DNA of 43,540 bases, from the NCBI GenBank assembly GCA_007123395.1, contig SKLD01000077.1:1-43540 (forward strand), read 5' to 3'. Both the position numbers and the translations under genes were made by a program. The notes under the pieces were generated by a model. That model had not been told where the DNA came from. It made no database searches and saw only the letters and a list, made by a program, of their open reading frames with translations. The stretch is from Opitutales bacterium (GTDB taxonomy: Bacteria; Verrucomicrobiota; Verrucomicrobiia; Opitutales; Oceanipulchritudinaceae). Of this stretch, positions 18,189 through 26,600 are shown in pieces. Every line of letters starts with the position of its first letter. The first letter of the stretch is position 1.

Positions 18189-20083
18189 ACGCGCCCTTTG
18201 TCTTCGATTTGTTGAATTCTGAGCGGCCCCTCGTGCCAGCGGCTCATTTCCAAAGCGATCTCCACGTCCCCGCACGCGGCGGCCACGACATCGTTGCGTT
18301 CCGTGCGCGTCCACGGCGGCACCTTGCCGCGACAGAGGGAGAAGACGACCAAAAATTCCGTTTGCTTCGCCCGCACCGAAGCCCGCACGTGGCGTACGCC
18401 GGGGTAGACGCGGTGAGCACCGTTGCTGAACGTGCGCTCGCTCGCGGGTCCCTCGACAAGCTCGACCGTCACGGGCTGCGGTTGAAGGAAGGCAGCGTCG
18501 AGAACGGCGTCTGATGCGGGGCGGCGCAGGATGAATCCGCCGCCGCCGGGCTTCGCTTCGAACTCTGTGCCGGGGCCGAGGCAAAGGGTCCATGTCCACT
18601 CGCGCTCCTCTTTGTCCCACAGGCGGTCATGCACGGCGACAATCGCTTCGCAACCGAGCTTGCCGCTGTAGTCGACGGCGAAATGCCGGTCGAGCCGCGC
18701 GACATTGTAGGTTTTGTCCAAGCGCAGGCTGACCGCTCCTCCGCCCGCCGGATAGGCCGCATGGTAGAGAATCTTGCCGGGAACCGTGGGCCAACCCTTC
18801 GGTTTCTGGCGTCCGTCGACGAGAATGGCGCACTGGTTTTCCGGACCGAATTTGGCCTGTCCGCCGTTCTGCGCCCATTCGCCGCCGAGGCCGACAAAGC
18901 GAAAACTTCCGGCATCGTCGTGCGCATGCCCGCCGCCGTGCCAGTTTTTCGCATAGGCACCGAACACACAATCATCGGAATCACGGTAGCGGTTGCGAAA
19001 GACGGCAAGGCCCGTGCGGAAGTCGGCGGGGGACAGCGGCAGGGTCGCTTCGGGCGGTTCAGCCGCTGTGTCGAGTGGATAATACAAAAACGTCCAGAGC
19101 AGATCGGTTTGGGCCTCCTTGTATGCCCCGTCCCCATGGTCCCCGTGCAGGGAGTCACAGAAACCCCGCAGGGAGGACCGGTAGCGCGCATCGGTGAGGG
19201 CGAAATGCATCATGCCAATGCCGGTGAAGCCGCCGTTGCCGCCATCGTCGTTCCAGAAAATCCTTCTTCCGAGCTTCTCCGGGGCATCCGCGCCAAGGGC
19301 ATCCGCGCGGTGGGGAAGCGCGACGGTCATCGCGGCGATGAGCGCTCCCATGCGTGCGATGCCGACATACTCCCCGACAAGGTCCGAGCCCGCCGCATGG
19401 CGCGCGGCGAGGACAAAAGGCGCCCAATGCGAAAAGGCGTATTGCCCGTAACCGGTCCCTTCGTAGCAATGCCCATGCTCGCCGTAGTGGGAAACGTAGA
19501 AGCGCACTTTCTCGGCAGCGGCCTCAAAAATTCCTCGGAGCGAGGCGTCGTAAGGGAGTGCGGCCAACGCCGCGAGTCCCTCCGCGGAGTGGGTCACCCC
19601 CCACCAGTTGTTGAAGGGGTTATCGGGGTTGCCTTGGGAAATATTGACGAAGTCGCGCGCGAGTTCGGCCGTCTTCGCGGCGAGTTCCATGGTGCTCGCG
19701 GGATCGGCGGCGGCCCCGCAAGTGTCGAGGGCGATGGCGCAGCGCTTCGCCTGCGCGGCGCGGCCAAGGCAGGAATCGATTCCCAACGTGGTGTTCCGCA
19801 ACGCTCCGTCGACGGCGGCCCGCGCGTAGGATGGCTCTCCCGTGGCGAGATAAAGCGTGGCGCAAAGGTCGACGGCCCGCTCCATGCGCAGTTTGCGCTC
19901 AAAGAGCGGTGCCCCCGCTTCGTCACAGTCGCCTTGAAGGAGGCGTTCGCCCTCCGCGCGCCATGACTGCACGGCGTCGGCGAGCGGGCCGGCGTTGAAT
20001 TGGCGCCGCCGCGCCGCGAGTGCCTCGGGTGTGATCCACAGGCGCGGTGGGGAGGGTGTTGGGTTGGCTTTGTTCGTGTTCAT
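18185..20083 (-). CDS. Heparinase II/III-like protein (putative polysaccharide lyase), no signal peptide
   Basis: The N-terminal half is alpha-helical and toroid-like. It is followed by NWHGGGHAHDDAGSFRF, the His-x-His-x-D-x-G-S-F signature typical of heparinase II/III C-terminal domains. Both neighbours are joined by 4-nt ATGA overlaps. Confidence 0.65.
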   Translation of the reverse strand: MNTNKANPTPSPPRLWITPEALAARRRQFNAGPLADAVQSWRAEGERLLQGDCDEAGAPLFERKLRMERAVDLCATLYLATGEPSYARAAVDGALRNTTLGIDSCLGRAAQAKRCAIALDTCGAAADPASTMELAAKTAELARDFVNISQGNPDNPFNNWWGVTHSAEGLAALAALPYDASLRGIFEAAAEKVRFYVSHYGEHGHCYEGTGYGQYAFSHWAPFVLAARHAAGSDLVGEYVGIARMGALIAAMTVALPHRADALGADAPEKLGRRIFWNDDGGNGGFTGIGMMHFALTDARYRSSLRGFCDSLHGDHGDGAYKEAQTDLLWTFLYYPLDTAAEPPEATLPLSPADFRTGLAVFRNRYRDSDDCVFGAYAKNWHGGGHAHDDAGSFRFVGLGGEWAQNGGQAKFGPENQCAILVDGRQKPKGWPTVPGKILYHAAYPAGGGAVSLRLDKTYNVARLDRHFAVDYSGKLGCEAIVAVHDRLWDKEEREWTWTLCLGPGTEFEAKPGGGGFILRRPASDAVLDAAFLQPQPVTVELVEGPASERTFSNGAHRVYPGVRHVRASVRAKQTEFLVVFSLCRGKVPPWTRTERNDVVAAACGDVEIALEMSRWHEGPLRIQQIEDKGRV

Positions 20084-21525
20084 CGTGCTGCGCCGCCAAT
20101 GGGCGTGAGACCAAGGACAACCGGACCGGAAGCACCGTGGGCAAGACGGAAGCGTTTTCCACGGCGGGCCATCGGCGCGGAAGGAGGACCGGCGGTCCTC
20201 ACGGCATACTCACCGTAATAGCCGCGGAAACGAACCACCCCTTCGTCATCGGAGACGGCCTCCGCGGTCGTTTTCCACTCACGGTGTATTAGATCGCGGA
20301 TACGATGGAACACGGGGCGGAGTTCGTGGCCGGACCGCTCGCGCCACTCCACCGCCATACCCATGAAGCCCCAGAAGGAAAAGGCCTCCACGGCGGGATG
20401 CCCGAAGGCGACGGTGAGGTAGTTGGCGACGTATTCGGCAAGCAGTTCGTGGAGATCCTTTTCGGGAACGTCCGGGTGCTTTTCGCGGAGGGTCTTAAGG
20501 TGCGCCCAGAACTCGGTGATATGGACCGGCCAGCCGGCCTCCGCGTACTCGTCGTAGACGTCGGTCTGCTCGCGGTGGTGCGTCAACCACCCCGTGTGGG
20601 ACTGGAGACCGAGGGCGTCGGGGGGAAAAGCCATGTCGCGCAGGCGGTCGGCCAACGCGATGTAGCGCGCCCGCTGGGAAGCCGCCGTCACTTCACTGCC
20701 ATCGGAGCCGGTGTGCCCGCGCGACTCGTTTTCGACGCCGTAGTCGTTGAGCAGGTAGAGCGCTTCGGGGTCTTCCTCACGGCACCAGCGCAGGACGGGG
20801 GCGATGTATTCCGCCATATTTTCCGTGCTCTCGATGTGAGGCCAGTGGCGCGCGGCGAGATTCTTCGGAGCGGGCTCCCAGAGGGCTTCGTTGACGGCGT
20901 CCCAAACCGTGACGCGCCCGCGGAAGCGGGCGACAAGGCTGCGCACACGGACCTCGGCGAACTTCATTTGGGTTTCAAGGTCGTAGCGCTTGACCCACTC
21001 CGGCGTGCATTTGTCGATCGACCAAAAGAGCGGGTGCCCTTTTGCCGTGAGGCCGTTGGCGAGGCACCAGTCCACGGTGGCGGCAAAATTTTCCACACGT
21101 TGCTCACCTTGGCGGTCCTCCGTCTTGGAGGCATCGTTGCGGGGCCGCTCCGTCCAGTAGCAGAGGTTTGTCGCACCATTGAAAACATCGAGGAAGCGCT
21201 GGCGCCACGCGCGGCAACGCTCCTTCTCCCACTCGCCGTCGCGCCACATGGCGTCGAGGCCCCAAAGCCCTTCTCCGAAAGTGAAGGCATGGCGCTGTTG
21301 TTCAATGGCGACGGAGACACCTTTGAGCGGATTTCCGCCGCCGTCGACGAGACGCAACGTGGCGTCGCCCATACGGTGGTTCCGGATGCCCTCCCGCGCG
21401 GCGCGCAAGGTGCCTTCGGAGAGCGAGGGATTGTAGAGGTCGCCGCTACGGTCCATGCCCCGCCATTCTTCGCCGTCAGGCGCAGGCGAGGGACCGTTCG
21501 GAAGTCCCTTGGTATTATCTGTCAT
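20080..21525 (-). CDS. GH10-like glycoside hydrolase (xylanase-fold), no signal peptide
   Basis: The sequence shows GHPLFW, VTVWDAVNEA (acid/base Glu context WDVVNE) and WPVHITEFW (nucleophile Glu context ITE). An N-terminal beta-sandwich-like segment reads ATLRLVDGGGNPLKGVSV. Confidence 0.7.
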   Translation of the reverse strand: MTDNTKGLPNGPSPAPDGEEWRGMDRSGDLYNPSLSEGTLRAAREGIRNHRMGDATLRLVDGGGNPLKGVSVAIEQQRHAFTFGEGLWGLDAMWRDGEWEKERCRAWRQRFLDVFNGATNLCYWTERPRNDASKTEDRQGEQRVENFAATVDWCLANGLTAKGHPLFWSIDKCTPEWVKRYDLETQMKFAEVRVRSLVARFRGRVTVWDAVNEALWEPAPKNLAARHWPHIESTENMAEYIAPVLRWCREEDPEALYLLNDYGVENESRGHTGSDGSEVTAASQRARYIALADRLRDMAFPPDALGLQSHTGWLTHHREQTDVYDEYAEAGWPVHITEFWAHLKTLREKHPDVPEKDLHELLAEYVANYLTVAFGHPAVEAFSFWGFMGMAVEWRERSGHELRPVFHRIRDLIHREWKTTAEAVSDDEGVVRFRGYYGEYAVRTAGPPSAPMARRGKRFRLAHGASGPVVLGLTPIGGAAR

Positions 21526-21554
21526 TCTTCTGCGGGGAATTTAGAGGGGAGAAA

Positions 21555-23666
21555 CTAGTAAGCTGTTCCGATAGAGGTCCAGAGGAAGTTGAGGGCGATG
21601 GCGAACATGCCGGTGAGCCCCATACCCGCCATGAATCCCACGGCGAGGATGGGCGTGTAGTTGGTCCACTGTTCGCGGCCGAATTTTTTGGCGAATACGT
21701 AACGCCCGAGGACGGCGCCAAGGAAGATGAGAACGGCGTTGTGCGGGTAGGCGACCATCGCGCCGAGCCCGCCGTAGATGTATTGGGCGCTGATACCGAG
21801 GGCGGCGAACCCGCTGAAAAACGCCAGCGCGGCGACGAGGGAGAATCCGATCAGGCCCGGTTTGAGCGATTCGAGGAGGAGACTCTGTCCCTCCTGCATG
21901 GAGGCGGCCCAGAGCGCCTTCAACTGCGCGAACTGCGGCCAGAACTTCTGTACATAGGGATAATTCTCCGACGGGATGGGACCGAGGCCCACGATGTAGC
22001 TCCAAAAGACAAACGAAGCGACGAGCATGAGGGGGAAAACGAGCAACTCGGCCTGCAGGATGGACGTGAACTTCGTGCGTGTGAGCTGGGTTTCCTTGAG
22101 AAGGTCGGCCATCTGCCCGTAGTTAAAGATGGGCAAGGGAGCGAACCAGATGTTCACCCCGCGGTGCCGGGAGGCGAAGATCGCCGCCTCGGAAACAAAG
22201 GGAATGCCCGCGTGCTGACCGGCGATCCCCGACATCCGCGCGTTGATGTAGGTGTTGATCGGCGAGAACAGAAAGGCGAAGGCGATCAACCACCAGATGC
22301 TGAAGCGCTCGTGTTCCTCAAGGCCGGCGTTGATGAGGTAGTTGGAGAGGACAATGAAACCGATGGAGGAGCCGATCCAAACGGCAAGGGCCACCCACGT
22401 GGGCGGATCGCCGCGCGGGATGTCCCGCTCCCACAGCTTCTTCAGCTCGAAGCCCGCGCCCGGATCACCGGGATCCTTTTCTTCATCGGCTCCCCCGCTC
22501 ATCCGTCGCCCCCGCAGCGCCTTCGAAATGGCTTTGAAGACCCCGTAGAAGCCGACCACCGCAATGGCAAAGGAAGTGCCGATGCCGACTGAAATGTAGA
22601 GGTCAATCTGCGTTGCGACGTGGGTTTCGATGGCGTCCTTCCCCGGTGCCCAACTCGGGATGTACCCCATGCGCTGGAGGATCGGGTTTAGGATGATTTG
22701 GAACGTGATCGCCGTGACAAACATGCCGATGACGATCCGCCATGGAAGAACGAAACCAAAGAAAAGAAGCGCGAGATTCAGACTCAGGCCGATCGTCCCG
22801 GCCGGCAACCAGCGTTCGAACGACGTTGTGAGATCAAGAAACGGGATGGGCAGGAGCTGGATGGGGCGACCGATAAAGGCCGCCGTGAGGGTCGGCACAG
22901 CGATGTAAACGATGCCGAAGACCACCCCCATGATGGCCCCCGCCGAAAAACAATACTGCCGGTAGCTATTCTTGTTTTTGTCCTGGCTGGTCTCGGCGAG
23001 GGCGATGGCCCCTTCCGCCGCAATCGGTGCAAGCGGGAACGGCAGCTTTTCCATGTCCGCCGTGGCTTTGAAGGCGATGAAGCCGAGGGAGAGTTGCGTG
23101 AGCTTGGACAGCAACATCGCCATGAGCATGACCGACAGAGCCGGGAACCATGCGCTGGAGAGAAAGCTTTGGTAGGCTTCCTCGCCGTAGGGCGCGACCC
23201 AGTCCGCCACCTCGTGCGAAATACCGAAGCTGTGGAAGGCCTCCGAATTGCGCATGTAGCGGTGCCAGACGAGCCATGCAAAGACGCCGCCACCAAGCGA
23301 TAATCCCCCCGCCACCGAAGTCAGCTGGCTGGCGGTGTATTTGAGGATGTAGAGTTCCTGCTTGCGCAGGGTGATGAACGCCCGCCGCGAGACCTCGACG
23401 AAGAGAATGATCGTCACCCATTCCGCCGCCGTGCCGAGGTCCTGCCCGATCATCAGCCCCATGAAAATGATGCCCGGGAGCATGACGAAGCAGATGAAGA
23501 ACGCGCCGAGGACTGTGCGCCATGTGAAGCCGCCTTCGTAGGGCTCGCTCTGGATCGCCTCGATGGAGAACTTCGCATCGTAAAAGCTCTCCTGCTTCGG
23601 TTGCTTTTTCTTCTCCGGCTTCCGCGCCTCCTTCGGCGCGGAAGACTTGTCGTTTTCAGCACTCAT
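21555..23666 (-). CDS. 703-aa polytopic membrane protein of unknown function (possibly OPT-superfamily-like)
   Basis: It has a Lys-rich cytoplasmic N-tail (KEARKPEKKKQPKQ) followed by more than 14 hydrophobic segments across the whole length. A charged loop (RGRRMSGGADEEKDPGDPG) lies mid-protein. The start overlaps the stop of the 1853-aa gene (ATGA). Confidence 0.8.
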   Translation of the reverse strand: MSAENDKSSAPKEARKPEKKKQPKQESFYDAKFSIEAIQSEPYEGGFTWRTVLGAFFICFVMLPGIIFMGLMIGQDLGTAAEWVTIILFVEVSRRAFITLRKQELYILKYTASQLTSVAGGLSLGGGVFAWLVWHRYMRNSEAFHSFGISHEVADWVAPYGEEAYQSFLSSAWFPALSVMLMAMLLSKLTQLSLGFIAFKATADMEKLPFPLAPIAAEGAIALAETSQDKNKNSYRQYCFSAGAIMGVVFGIVYIAVPTLTAAFIGRPIQLLPIPFLDLTTSFERWLPAGTIGLSLNLALLFFGFVLPWRIVIGMFVTAITFQIILNPILQRMGYIPSWAPGKDAIETHVATQIDLYISVGIGTSFAIAVVGFYGVFKAISKALRGRRMSGGADEEKDPGDPGAGFELKKLWERDIPRGDPPTWVALAVWIGSSIGFIVLSNYLINAGLEEHERFSIWWLIAFAFLFSPINTYINARMSGIAGQHAGIPFVSEAAIFASRHRGVNIWFAPLPIFNYGQMADLLKETQLTRTKFTSILQAELLVFPLMLVASFVFWSYIVGLGPIPSENYPYVQKFWPQFAQLKALWAASMQEGQSLLLESLKPGLIGFSLVAALAFFSGFAALGISAQYIYGGLGAMVAYPHNAVLIFLGAVLGRYVFAKKFGREQWTNYTPILAVGFMAGMGLTGMFAIALNFLWTSIGTAY

Positions 23667-26600
23667 GCGGTTTGCTTTTCTTCTGTGGTTTCACCGGAAA
23701 GCAGCGCGGCGCCCTGCTTGATGTATTCGGTCCGCGCGGCGGGGGAAAGATTACGCCAAAAAAGGAATTGCTGACGGACGAGGTTGAGGAAGTTGTAGCT
23801 TGTGCGCTGCCAATTGTCCTCGGATCCGGAAAAGCGTGTGAGGACGAGCCGCACGGCGTAGACCCCTTCCGCGTCACCCGGATACATCCGCATGCGGAAC
23901 CGTTGCGCCACATCGAGGTCATACGGGCTCAGCCACATGGACGTCTCCACGACGAGGGCGGGTTGGCCCTCCTCTTCCGTCTGGTCAAGGCTGACCTCGC
24001 GGCAATTGAAATCCTCGCTCGTCGGTTCGGTGTGGTTGAGGAGGAATTGCCGGAAAAACGCGGCCATGCCGACGGCGTTGCCGCGGGTGAGTGTAAAGGG
24101 CAGGTCGAAGCGGATGGCGCCGTCGTCACCCGGAGGCGGCAGTTCCCACGCGGCCATCCCGCTCGGCGCGGCGAGGGCGGCCGCCTGCTTCGCGGGGATG
24201 AGCGTCGCCATGAGCACGACGAGTCCCGTGCCGGCCGCGAGGAGCATGGAGAGCATGGACGTGAAGTTGAAGGACAATCCGCTCAAGAAGGCGATGTCGG
24301 CGGCATTCAGGCCTTGCACGATATTGGCGAAGAGCAGCCCGCCAAACGTTCCAAGAACAATGCCGAGGATCGAGAAAACCGTTGATTCCGAGAACATTAA
24401 AAAGGCGATCTGGCGCGGGGAGAGCCCGATGGCTCCGAGCATTCCGACCTCGCCCCTGCGCTCCTCCACCGTTCCGAGCATCGTGTTCATGACAATGAGA
24501 ATACAGAGAATGATGGGTAGAACGACCTTGGCGACACCGGCCATGTCGAAGGTCTGGCGGGGCACGACAAAACTCACCGCGCCATCCGAATGCGCGAAAA
24601 ACGGTCGGTTGAGCCGCAGCGCGATGTCGTGGAAAAATTGCTCTTGGTCCACACCCTCGGTGAAACGCAGGGCAACGGCGCGGATCTTCGCGCCCACGTC
24701 GTTGCGGGCCGCGTGGGGCACGATGGCGAGCCGCGTCCAGTTCATGTGGAAGGAATCCCCTTCCTGCTCCAGTTCGCCGCTGACGGCGGGGTGCATGCCG
24801 CTGCGGAGGTAATCCACCATGGCCAAACTGCGACCGTTGATATCGCGGATGCGGTTGGCCTTTTCCGTGTTGAGAATACCGATCACACTCCACTCATGCC
24901 CGCTCATGCGCACCTTCGGCAGTTCCGCTTCCGACCGCCGGTTGCCCGCGTCATCGAGGAGGTCGTCGGCTTGGATGCTAAGCGTGCGGGCCGCGACATC
25001 GGGCAATATGACGCTGAAGCGCTCGGGAGGCACAAGCGTGCCTTCCTCGTCAAAGCGTTCCGGCAAGAACCATTGCCCGCCCGTCACTGCTTCGTGCAAA
25101 CGGCTGAACTCCGGCTCGTTGGGCTGGAAGACCATTATGCCCGTGAGGATATGGGTCGTTTCCGCGTGATGGACGGGAATCTGGTTCACGCCCTCGCGCG
25201 CGGCGTTGTTGCCGCCCTCCACTTCGAGATAATGCGCCCGCACGGTGATGCCAAGGGTGTCACCGAACTCTGTTTCGAGGGCGTTCACGGCGCCGACCGG
25301 AAACTCGACCCACTGGAAACTACGGAAGAGCACGCCTTCGTAGGCCGGGGGCAACGGCTCCACATGCTCGCCGTCGACAAAGGTATCCAGCGCGACCGAC
25401 GCGCGCGAGACCGTGTCTTCGCCCGTCACGGCGACGAATGCGATAATGGAGAAGGTTAGCGCCGTCACCGTGAGAACGGTGAGAACGGTGCGGAACATGC
25501 GCTTGCGCAGGTTCGACACGCCGAGGGAAAAGGCCGTCGAAAGGGAGCTGAAGAAGGAAATCTCCTCGCTCTCCACCTCGCCCGAGGCGGAGCGGAACCG
25601 GCGCAGCAGGACTTCAAAACGCTGGTAACAAATCCCGATGACGATGAGCGACATGAGAATCATCGTGAAGGCGATCACGACAATGAAGGGCGAAAGCGCG
25701 ATGCGGAAGGCGGGGTGGAAGTAATTGAGGAAAAGCGTTCCCGCCGTGAAGATACCGGCCGTCCAGCCGAGTTTGGAAACAATGCCCTTGGATTTTGTGA
25801 AAAGAGACTGGAAAAACCACGCCGCGGGCACGAGGAAAGCCATGAGAAGAATTACGGAGAAAACGGCCTCGCGTCCGAGTTGCAGGACACGCGGGTAGTT
25901 TTTCACGAGGATTCCCCACGCCTCGCGGGAAGACCCGACGACGCCCATCCAATCGCGTTCCGCTTTGGCGGCATGCGCTTCAGCCAGCTTATCCCGGCTG
26001 CGTTCGACGGCGGCGTCGAGGACGCGCGAGGAAATCCCAAATGCGCGGTAAAGGTCGAGTCGCTGGCCCGCCAAGGCGGCCATCTGTTCCGCGATATGCA
26101 GAGGCGTCAGGGCAAGGTAAATGTTGCGGTCGCCGTCCGGACCGGGGCCGACCGAGATGCCCGCGCCGCGCGACTGGGTGACCCCGTCGGTTTCCACCTC
26201 GCCGACCAGAAGCATGCGGTGATGCGCGCCGCGCCGCACGACCGCGCGGAACCGGCTGTCCAAGGGCATGTGAATGGTGATGCCCTCGACATCCGGTTCA
26301 CGGAAGTCAGCGAGCGGGTTGTCCACCGCGAAGTCGCGCGGTTCGCCATCGATCACCGCGTCGATGAGTTCCACGCGGGAGGGACCACGCGCCGCGCCGC
26401 CGATGGAATCGTAGGAATGCGGATCGGTGCCGGGAAAAATGACTTTTGGATACGTGTCGATGAGGACAAGATTTCGTTCCAGCTCCGCGCTGCGGCGGTA
26501 TTGGAAATCGTTTGTCTGCGGTTGTGTTCCCACTTGCCCTTGCGTCATCACCTTGCGGAAAAGGCCCTCTTCGCGGTCCAACCAATAGGCGAAGACCACC

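Noticed and set aside
16938-18620. Upstream extension of the Gfo/Idh/MocA ORF to 18620 (560 aa)
   Set aside because: The extra 144 codons are Arg-rich and overlap the heparinase-like gene. The ATG at 18188 gives the canonical MKNVAIIG Rossmann start and an ATGA stop-start overlap.
20305-21558. 417-aa plus-strand ORF antisense to the GH10-like gene, and 18629..19966 antisense to the heparinase-like gene
   Set aside because: These are shadow ORFs. The minus-strand frames carry the catalytic motifs.
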